Shown here: piece after piece, positions 25,713-35,974 of the stretch
Layout: each line of letters begins with the position of its first letter
How positions within the stretch are numbered: position 1 is the first letter of the stretch
DNA from: Vitrella brassicaformis CCMP3155
Taxonomy: Eukaryota > Protista > Chromerida
Direction: 5' to 3'
Assembly (NCBI GenBank): GCA_001179505.1
Contig: CDMY01000613.1
Location: forward strand, 248,001-312,000
DNA: 64,000 nucleotides
Program-made: the position numbers and the translations under genes
Notes under the pieces: model-generated
What the model saw: the letters and a program-made list of their open reading frames with translations, nothing else
What the model was told of the DNA's origin: nothing
Database searches by the model: none

Positions 25713-26909
25713 GCTGCCAACACAACAGAAACACAACCCCTCTTTCCTCTGCACACACACAATGCTCATGGCTGTGTGTGTGTGTGTGTGTGGATGGATC
25801 GCAGGACGCTTGAGGTCATCGGCGGCAAGTACCACGAGGTCCCCAAGTATGTCGCCGAACAACTCGTCTTTTGATCGGTGTGTGGATGGATGCCGGGATA
25901 GCTAGCTGACAACCACCCGATCACCTACCTGGTGGAGCGGATGAAAGGAGGGCGATGTACGTTTGGCTGCTGAGCGTGCGTAGCGGAGGAAAAGCAGAAG
26001 GCAGTGCCATGGCGTGGCATGGCGCGACGTGGGGGGGTGGGTGATGTGGCTGACGGATGCAGTGCATGGGAGGGGCCGTGTTGTGGCGCCGGCGCCTCAA
26101 CCATGATGCCTGTAAGCAAGCAGCGTTCCTCGCGATCCGTGTGTGCGTCCGTGGTGTGGTGTGGTGTGAGCGGTTTTTCGCTTTCGCTCGGTCTGAGCCT
26201 CTGTGTTGCCTTGCTTGTCTCGTGAAGATCTCGATGTCTGATGTCTCTCTCTTGTCGTGTGTGTGTGTGTATGCGTGTTGAGTGACCCCGTGGTGTATTT
26301 GTTCGCCTTTATGCGGCCCGTATAGCTCACACTGCTGCATGTGGCGCGACGGCACATCGTCACGCCATCGGAGATGGATGATGCATCATGTGCGTGTGCT
26401 TCTTCCGGGTGGTGGGGTGTGAGTGATGTGGCTGTGTGGATGCATGGTCATGTCTGTGTCAGTGCATGTGTGTGTGTGGGTGGGTGGGTGTGTGTTGGTG
26501 TGTTGGTGTTGTGTGCATGTGGCTAGCCTTTTTCCAGTACCGTGTTCACTGCCGTAGGTCTCCGTGCACTAAGTTGCCTGTGCTTTGACTGTCTGGTGTT
26601 ATTTTGGATGTGTGTGGTGCATGCGGTGCGTTGTGGACACACTCAAGATAGATATAGTAGGCAACTATGAGTCAGTCCTTGTAGACCTACGCTGTGCAGT
26701 CTTGGTGTCTGGCACCAAATCGTGTTGCAATTAAACGTTCCGGTGCTTTCTAGAAAACGGGTTAGAGCTGGACTATTCCGCGAAAGGGAGAGAATTAAAA
26801 GTGCCCGTACAAGGATCGACTTCCCTCCCCTGCCTCCCGCCTTGCTCCCTGCTTGCTCCCCCGTCGAGTGCACCCCTGCATCCTTCCCCTATTCGCCACC
26901 ACCAGCATC

Positions 26910-28621
26910 ATGATGCGCATCGCCGTCGTCTTCGCTCTCCTCGCCTTGACAGCGGCAGTGGCCGATCCCTATCACCATGACAGTCACTACACGTGTCCCA
27001 AGGGCTGGACCCTCAAGGGGGATGGCAAGGACGCCGTCTGCTACAAGAAGACCACCACCCACGCCAAGGTGGGACACTCACGCACACGCGACAGGCGCAT
27101 GCACCCCTGGGGTGGCTTCGCGAGGGAAGGGGGGTAGATCTGGGCAGAGATCATCATCAGGGGGAGGCACGTGCAGTCAGGGAAGGCCAGTGGACGGCCT
27201 GGGATGCACGCATGTGGCCGGATCTGTGTCCGTGTCTCGCTCATGTGTGTCTGGTGGGGTGTGTGTGTGTGTGTCTGTCTCCTCCCTCACCCACCCTGCA
27301 GGAGGAGTGCCCCAAGGGCACCAAGCCGGAGGGCGGCTACCACAGGAGGAGGGGTGGTGTGGTCGCGGGTCTCCTCGGCATCCTCTTCGGCGGCAGTAGC
27401 AAGGGCAAGTACGTCGAACTGACCTGGTGAGTGAGAGTGCGTGTGTGAGTGAAGGGCATGGCATGCACCCATGCATCAAGGCGACACCGGCAACCAATTG
27501 GATGGATGTTCACATGTCCGCTGCTCTCTCTTCCCCCCCTCCCTCCCTCCCTCCCTGCTTGCCTACAACAGCTACCGATACGAGGAGCATCCCGCTGAGA
27601 AGAGCATGCACTGCCCCAAGGTGAGCGAGTACACACAAGCGGACAGGCACACTGGCGGAGAGGGGAATGGTCTGTCTGTGTGGGGTACGGTACAGGTTTA
27701 CGAGCAGTACGACCACGAGTGCAAGAAGACCTCCTATGCCGATCTCGACTCTTACTGCGAGAAGGGCTACGACATGACCAAGGGCGGCTGCTACACCTAC
27801 GAGTACAACGAGGAGGAGGTGGCCCACGAAGTCTACTGCCCAAAGGTGGGTGGACGGACGACTGAGTGGATGACACATTCGCCGCAATGTGTGCGCGTGT
27901 GCTGCAGGGCTACACTGCCAGCTCCAAGGACGGCAAGTGCGAGAAGTGCTGGACGGACAAGAAGGAGACCCACTGCGACTACAAGAAGATGATGACCAAG
28001 TGCCCCAAGGTGAGTCGAGCGACCAGAGCGCAGCACAGACTACACCCACCTCACACACACACCCCACACCCATTGCTGCACATCGCACTCGTTTTCTCTC
28101 TCACACAGGGCTACGACGAGAGACACTACGGCAAGGAGTACAAGTGCGTCAAGTACACGGAGGAGAAGCATGAGGGCCAGATGTACTTCAAGTGCCCGAA
28201 GGGGTATGAGCAGTATGATGACGTAAGTATGAGGAGCGGGGGGGGGCAAGGCCAGCGGAATGGAGAATGGAATGGAGGGCTCGGTTGTGCTGTGTGTGCC
28301 TCAGAAATGCATCACCTACCACACGACTGACCCTGAGTACGAGTGGCACTGCCCCAAGGGGTACAAGCTGTCTCGCGGCAAGTACTCCTACCGTGGCAAG
28401 AAGGGCCACCATGAATATGTCTGCAAGGCCAAGAAGGAAGTCCACCCCGACTACCATTGCCCCAAGGTGGTGATGAAGAACAGACAGACGATGGCCGTCA
28501 CATTCGCCTCGATCATCGACCGCTTGTGTGTGTGCAGGGGTATGAGCTGCACAAGCACGAGTGCGTCGGCTACAAGGAGATGCCCGCCAGGAAGCAACAC
28601 AAGAAGGGCTACGGCTATTAG
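26910..28621 (+). CDS. Oocyst wall protein (COWP/OWP)-like secreted Cys-repeat protein, Tyr/His/Lys-rich; 8 exons, about 300 aa
   Basis: Signal peptide MMRIAVVFALLALTAAVA, then about 9 repeats of C-P/E-K-G-Y/W-x(5-12)-C, the CPxGY...C unit typical of apicomplexan OWPs. Ends KKGYGY* (TAG 28619-28621). All exons join in frame. Confidence 0.8.
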
Positions 28622-29849
28622 AAGCATGGCGCCACACATAGCCGTCACTTGCGTGCGTGATGTATGATCGCACCCACCCACACTCCCATCGCACCGCTGA
28701 CATACACACTCACTCACACAAGGACTGTTCTCGGCTATCGCACCATTCGTCCACATCTATCGCACCACACACCCCCACCCCCTCACTCCGACACACACGC
28801 CTTCGTACGTACTTGGACAGGGCTTTCTGTCTGACTGATTAGGTTAGTAAGGGTCTGGCTGTCTGGCTGTCTGTTTGTCTGTCTGCCTGGCTGTCACTCG
28901 GTCTGGTGTTTGGGTGCGTTTTAAGCTTTATGTGGCTAGTTAGTACGCGGACGGGAGGGCGGGGGGAGGCATAGTTCATGTCAGTGTCTGCTCGTAGCGC
29001 ATGGGTGGCTTGGCTCTCATCCGGCGGGGCCCCCAGCTAGCAATGGCGACCAATTAGGACACCCGTGTTTTTCTGTGACACACACACACTCGCGCAATGA
29101 CGTGCATCGCCATTTGCTCAAGGCGCACACAAAGAAGGAGACGGCATTTCGGTGGTTTTCGGTTACTATGTAGCAAGCAGGAGGAAGGAGGGAGAGAGGG
29201 GGGCGAGAAGGGTGAAGGGAGGGAGGGACGGGGCGGGAAGAATGATGGATGCCTGAGCGCCTGATCTCATTAGGTCCACTCATTAGGTCTAGTGTTTCGG
29301 TGCATGCACTGTGCTGACTTTTATCTGTCCGTTACTTTTGGCCGTGGGGTTTCTTTCTTTCATTCCAGCACGGACGAGCACATAGATGGACGGGTAGGGG
29401 ACGATCCATGGGATGAGACACACAGTGGGGGACCAGAGACATCCACGAATATCACTTACGCAACCAACACACGTTGACGAGATGTAAACGGGCAGGAGAC
29501 ATTAGACATTCGTCCAGAGCATCTCCACCACGCCGACGCACCAAAGACGGATATATGGGTTGACTTGTGGCAGAGAGACAAACCAACCCTTGATTTGATT
29601 TGTGAACCACTGCCCAGCACCAACCTACAGATATGTCACACGCGTCCAAAGCACGAGTCCACATGAGCTAGTTCGTATGGCACATAATACAACAAAAGAC
29701 AAACACTTGAATCCAGCACATCAAAGTGAAGCGAACAGAAGCCCACAAAGACCACCCCAGTAATGACGACTTCAAGCAAGCATTCGTTCATTCGTTCGTT
29801 CGGTACATGCAACCATACCCTGCGCTGTGCGTGGACTGACTGTTACATA

Positions 29850-30915
29850 TTATGTCTCAAGTGGAGGCACGCCCAGCCCCGACTGCTCCCTTTGTATCTC
29901 GTCAAGCACCGCTTCGGCATCGTCGTCTGCCTTCGGGATGACCTCCACGACCTGATCGAACGTGTAATTCGCCACGTCGTATTGCCACTTGATGAGCTCG
30001 GGATTGGCCAGCACTTCGGCAAGCTCGGCGCCCTGCTTGACGTAGACCGGCCCCTGGACGGTCTTGTCCTCATCAACAACGGCCGACGCGACGATCCCAG
30101 TGTTCTGGTTGAATGTCACGACGCCCAGCTCTTCACTCGTCCCCTCAGGCGTGAGCTGCGGCGCATCTTCTCCTGTGGGGAACTCCAGACCCGCGAAGGA
30201 AGGGCTGGCCGGCAAATTCCCCATCATGTCGTCCGTCACGCCGAGAAAGGCTCCAAGGGCTGCCATGGAGTTGTCTCCCCCAGATGGGTTGAGAGGGGGA
30301 ATGTTCTCCATGTCGATGAGGCCGATAAGGGAGGGACCCTCCTCCGAGATGAGCTCGAAGAAAGCCGCCAGTTCCTCGGGGGGAGGGATTGGCAGGTCTC
30401 CTGGTATTCCTGTCGGGAATGGCGGCAAGTCGCCAAACCCTGGCGGGCCGCCGGGTGGGGTCGGAAATGGCAAGTCGCCAATGCCTGGCGGGCCAGGTGG
30501 CTCTTTCGCCCCCTCCTCTGGCAGCAGGCCCAGGGGGTCCTTGGGGAGGCCCTTCGAATCTTCCTTGGATGGTGGCCCTGGGGGGAAGAAATCTGGTGGC
30601 TCCTTGGCTGGCTCTTGTTCGGGGATGACGACGGCTTGCCAGCCAGCCGGCCGCCTTGCGCTTTCGCCGCGCCCCAGCCTCCGCCTCCTTGCCGGTCTCG
30701 CTGATTGTTGTGGAAGCAGGGAAGGCTCGTTGCTCTGCAGAAGCTTGTTGAGGAAGTCCGGGCATTTGGCTTCCAGCTTTGACCGAAGGGCTGGGATGGA
30801 GGGGTAGGTGACGAACCTCGTGTGGAGGCGGTACGGGACAACGCCGTCCCACCAACGGAGCTTGGGCAGCCTGAAACACAGGACGCCGCACGATAGGCCG
30901 CACTGACAGGAAGAC

Positions 30916-30948
<33 letters not shown>

Positions 30949-33900
30949 ATGAGAGGCACATACATACACACATACATACACACATACATACGGGGAAGGC
31001 AAGTCAAGTGTCATTGCTTGCAAGGCGGTCAATAGGTTGGTAAGTTTCTCCCTCTTTAGTGTCCCGTACCAGTTTGAAGTCGATTGCGGCTGTGACAGGG
31101 CATCCATCCTTGATGAGCTCGACGGGCGCGCACTTGTCATTGCTGGCTTGGTACTCAAGCGGCGCCTCCTCGCAGTGTGACCGCCTTGCGTACACGTGGT
31201 CCACCCACATCCAAGCGCTGCACTTTGGCCGCATGTTGACCTGCGATGCTTCGACTTGCAGCAGGCGCCTGCGTCTCCGTGCAGCGGGCTTGCTGTCCAT
31301 GTAGTCGCTGAGGTACTGGGCACCAATCCTCGCCCCGTTGAGGAAGGTGACGGCGACCTTGCCGCCGATGTTGTCCACATCATCGACTGATTGGATGTTG
31401 AGCGCATCGTCGACGCCCTCATTGACAAAGTCGAGCCCCCCGTTGATCTGCGCCAGGAATGGGTAATCTTCGATCGGGTTGGCCCCTGGCTGCTGCATGA
31501 CACCTTCTGAGAACTGATTCAGCAGCTGACCGGCACCAGTCATGGCCGCCTGGCCCTGGTCGGAGCCCAAGAACTCTGCCACCGCTGCCGCCTCTCCCAG
31601 GTAGCCGAGGTCGTCTCCCTCTCCGGTCTCGCCATTGGCCGCCTGCACAGTGACCTCCCACGTCGCCTCGCCCCTCACGGTCGTCGTGTCGTTGACAGTG
31701 GTCACCCAGCACCGACATATGACATTGTTGTTTGCCCCTTGGTGGCGAAGCTCGTTCTCGTAGAGGATGGTGTCTCCCGTCCTGTATACTCGCATGCCGC
31801 AGCTGCCTTCGCCCTTGAATATCGCTGTGGCGCAGACGTCCCCTCCGAAGTCGTTGGGGTCGGTGAAGATGTCGCTCCTCAGGGTCGCCTTGCACTGTTC
31901 GGTTCCGCTCAGATATGCAGGCCTGCGAAAAAAAGAAAGAAAGGAGCAAGACAGCCAGGAATGCTTTGCGTCATGTCTCGATGCCTAGCTTCCGCTGTAT
32001 GAAAAGAACTGCGCTTACGCGAACGCGCCTTCGTATTGGCCGTTGAGGGCCACTAATGGAATGCAGCACTTCATGCCTTGATTGAAACACTCAACCTTCG
32101 GCCTGCCCGCTACACGCGCATGCGCACACGAGATACAGACGAGAGAGAGACATGTACCAGCCAGAGTACCCATCTATGTGACATACATATATACGGCTGA
32201 TCTCCTTTTGTCTGACTTACATCCTGCGGGAGGCAGGCTCTCCAGTTTGAGGTTGGGGTCCTGGGCAGGCACAGGCAGCCGCTTGACCACGCCTGCGTCC
32301 CTCGCAACCAGTGCCAGCGAAGCCACCTGACCGACATCCACATACTTGGCGACTTCCATGCCCAGATTCAGACCAGTGGACAGCGCCTTTGAGCCAGTCG
32401 ACAGAAGTGCGGGCAGATCCTGGGCGAAGGCACTGTCCCCAGCCAGGGCAGCAGGGAAGGTACCCAAGGGGAACGGGGCTGCGGCTCCAGGGAGGAAGAT
32501 GCCACCGGCATTCGCCAGCCCCCCTGCCAGTCCCCCTGATGCCTGTTCGTTTTGTGCGCCTTGGTCGTTCTGGCACACCGCCGGACCGGACACGGTGCCT
32601 GGGGACGAAAACTGGCCGGTAGGGTTGCTGAAGAGGGTGCACTCGTTGGGCGGCCTGAACGAGAATTTGGTGCAAGCCACGGGAGTCAAGGTCTGCTCGC
32701 AGACGGCCTGGCAGGCGGCTGCTGTGTTGAAAGCCGTCGGTCTGTCGATGACAGTGCCGCCGTCCAGTACAGTGTTGTCCGTAAAGCAGTTCACAGAACC
32801 TGACACGCGTAAGCAGACGCACCGCAGGCACGATGTCAAGTACGCCAGCCGATGAAGTTGTCTGCTTGCTCACCTTGTGGTGCGGCTCCATTCGCTGCGA
32901 CAAGTGCGCTGAGCAATGCTGCAGCCGGATCGTTCTGCTGACCCACTTGCTGCCCCTGTCCGGCACTAATGGCGCCTGCCATTTGCCCCGCCAGCTGTGC
33001 ACCGGCACCAATGATGTCACCGATGGGGATCTCGCTGATGGGGATGCCCTGCAGGCGGCGTCTTCTTACGTCTCTGGCCGACTTTTTGCGCTGCTGGAAG
33101 TTGAACCAGGACTGTGCGTAGTCCTTGAAGAGAGGCATCGCGGGAACCTGGCCTGGCGTGAAGATGCGGCGGTTGCCGCTGAGGAGGGAGGCGAGAAGCA
33201 TGTCGGGCGCTACCATGTCTCCGAGGGCCGCCTGAACCATGGCTGCTGTTCCAAGAACAGACGCCGTCGCCAGGCTGGTGCCTGTGTAGGTAGTCTGTTG
33301 GCCGGATGAGTCCAGGGTGAGCAGACTGCCAGGAGCCCACAGCACGTTCCGTGTGATGAAAGGTATGTTGGTGTAGTCTGTCGGCTTCCCAGTCGCCGCA
33401 TCGATGGAGCACACACAGAGAAGGGCCGCACCGGGGACATCACAGAGGTTCCAGTCCAGGTAATTCTTGAGGCTGACTGGTGTCTTGGAGCCTTGCAGGG
33501 TGGGCAGTGGGGTCGACTGGAGCTGCGGCTGAATGCCTTCGTTGCCGCACGGGATGAAGAATACGTGGCCGAAGCGCGATGCCCTTTGCATGGCCGTCTT
33601 GAGGATGTGGGGTCCGGCTTTGGCCTGCTGTGACGAAGGGAACTCGCCGAACCCAAGGGCGAGGTAAGCCATCGATGCCCTCTGCTGAACAGAGTATTCG
33701 ATGGCCGCCAGCACATCAGCAAGGTCGGCTCCGCCCTTCTCTTCGTCCCAGACTTTCAGCGGCATCGCGAGCGGCGCAATGCCAAAAAGCTTTGCATTGC
33801 AGCCAATGCCCTTCACCGATGTGGTCGTGTCCTTGGTGTCGACCTTGCTGTCGCAGTTGCCGGCATAGAGCACTCCTGCCGCTGTGTCGTGGGTACCCAC

Positions 33901-34917
33901 CCCGCTGGCGAGCGCCTTTGCTTCGCTGTAGCCGCTTCCGCCCTTCTGTGGAGGCTTTGTGAAGTCGTAGCCGACGAAGTCGTCCACGAATCCATTGCCG
34001 TCGTCGTCGATGCCATTGTGGGGGATTTCGCCATTATTGCGAAAGAAGACGTCACCGACCAGCTGGTCGGCCGGCCGGCCCTCCTGCTTTTCCACTTCAG
34101 CCGCCTCCTGCACATTGGCGACTCCCTCCCAAGACGCGCCTCCCAGCTCCCCCATTGACATGGGTGCCATGGCCTCGATGAAGAAGTCCATGCCCGTGCC
34201 GATAAAGGAACTGAGGACCCCCCGCTGTCGCCCGGGAGCTTGATCAGAGCTCGTCTCTGCTCGTCTAGCATATTCTGACCCCTGGTAGGCGTTGAGGACA
34301 TCCTGTAGCGGACCGACCCCGCCGAAGAGCTCGTCAGTGGTCTGGCGGAACCATTGGAAGTCCATGCGCTCGGTTGTCTTTATGTCGCCGCTCGGCCCGT
34401 TGGGGCTGAGAAGGTTTCCCAAGAAGCCGCCTTGGGAGGCTTGCGTCTGGGAGATGCTGGTCATGAGGAAGGACGGCGTACACGTGACCATGTTCTGATA
34501 GGGCCTGAGCAAGTCCCTCAAACAAGCATACTGGGTCTCGTCTCGCACGCTGAAAAGCTCGATGCCAAGCGATGGGAGAAACTGGTTGCTGAATAGCTCT
34601 GGGCACAAAGCAATGCGCCCTCGCCATGCTGACATGAGGTCGTCCAGCAGGCTTACGCGATTGGCGTCGAGGTTGCGTTGTAAGCCGTCGTTGAATAGGC
34701 AGATGACGCGCCTTAGCGGGCCCTGGGAGCCTCCTTTGGACGGTTTGGGACCCTCTTGTGTGCCAGAGGTATCTCTGCCCGGCGGGAACGGGCCACCGAA
34801 TACGGGCGGGGATGGCGATGGAGGCCGCAACGGGAAGAGTTGCCCTGTCGCCGTGATGAACAGACAGAGCGACGCAAGTGTCAGCAGGCAGACACGGGAG
34901 CCCGAGGAAGCAGTCAT
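29850..34917 (-). CDS. Secreted multidomain protein: S8 subtilase (probably inactive) + PAN/Apple domain + ZP-module-like region + Pro-rich/acidic tail
   Basis: Signal peptide MTASSGSRVCLLTLASLCLFITATG. S8 hallmarks NGEIPHNGIDDDGNGFVDDFVGYDF, MPLKV, IPCGN, WAPG and GTSLA. Exons ~34917-32872, 32799-32221, 32173-32158 (16 nt), 31922-~31070 and ~30900-29850 join in frame; the last junction is the least certain. Stop ends at 29850. Confidence 0.75.
32158..32173 (-). other. Predicted 16-nt micro-exon (ATGGGTACTCTGGCTG)
   Basis: Flanked by cacatag| and |gtacatg. It converts the phase-1 donor at 32220 to the phase-2 acceptor at 31923, giving PPAG-YGYSGW-PAYLSG. Skipping it gives an immediate in-frame TGA. 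Confidence 0.65.
32572..32790 (-). other. PAN/Apple domain (six-Cys) within the subtilase gene
   Basis: CFTDNTVLDGG...AAACQAVCEQ...CTKFSF...ECTLFS...GTVSGPAVC matches the Apple-domain Cys spacing and the terminal VSGPxxC motif of apicomplexan microneme proteins such as MIC4. Confidence 0.85.
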
Positions 34918-35974
34918 GATCTGCTCAAGAACAAGCACGCGCAAGCAGTACATCATGACTCGCTGACAGAGGCATTGACATCCTCGTTCATTAATTACCC
35001 GATGTGATGAGATGTCGCGGTCCATTCAACGAGGTGCACGAAGAGGAGAGGACCGAGGAGGAGCTCAAGCGAAGCCGATAGGTCCGCGAACTTGCTTGAT
35101 GATGATCTCGGCCCCACGAGCTCGCAATGGGGCCGAGAAGAGCGGCAACAGATTTGGACAAGACGTACACCTGGGAGTGACGAGCAAATGCCGGAAAGAC
35201 ACACGACTGTCCAACGAAACCGAGGCAAATACTGTTGGCTGGTGAGAGACCGTCAACTAAGTTGGTGTATCCATCATTGCGTCACAAGTAGAGTTGTCTC
35301 CGGCCACTTGCTTGATGGTGTCTACTTGTACTCCGTGGCGACATTATCACGCCATTGGCAGGTCTTGCTTGGTAAGCAAGATCACGAAGCAAGATCTTTG
35401 ATTTTCCAATATACAGCGAACGAACGAGATGCGGCTGAGGCATGCAGTATACTTACGAGAATGGGCTGCTCGGAAGTATACTGTAGAGGAGTAGACACAC
35501 AGTAGTAGAGACGCGATAGAGGAGTAGTAGAGACACGGTATGAAGGTCAGATTAAGCGTGCCATATCCATTTTCAGATTGACCATTCAACATTCATTGAT
35601 CCATTTATCCATCTTGGCAAAGAGGTCCAGAAGTGAATGATTCATTCAATCATCCGTTCATCGCTGACACATCGAAGGTGATTGAGAGCGTGTCAGTGAT
35701 GAGTAAGTGGCAATGCGATATCACACTGGACGTGCGTCACGAGTTTGTTCATCATGACAACATTGACCGAGCGAAGTATTCATGACATGCATCAGAATTA
35801 GAGAAATCCATAGCGCATGATTTGACGAGAAAGCAAAGCAGAAGGCCAATCAAAGGCCCCAAAGCACATCCTCAATGACATGTCTACATCTGTGTACGAC
35901 GGCACGCTGCAGTGACTGCACATGACACGATCGCGAAGCCGCCGCATGGACTCTAGAGACATATGTAGGTCCAG

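Noticed and set aside
30145-31503. 452-aa minus-strand ORF overlapping the ZP-like region
   Set aside because: Alternative-frame read-through of real exons and a microsatellite intron (CVYVCVY, CLSVCLSV); no protein-like features.
32872-34917. Recent bacterial horizontal transfer suggested by a 2-kb intronless exon and a bacterial-type DDDGNG loop
   Set aside because: That loop also occurs in apicomplexan and other eukaryotic subtilases. The gene has a eukaryotic signal peptide and downstream introns, and long exons occur in neighbours too. A phylogeny would be needed.
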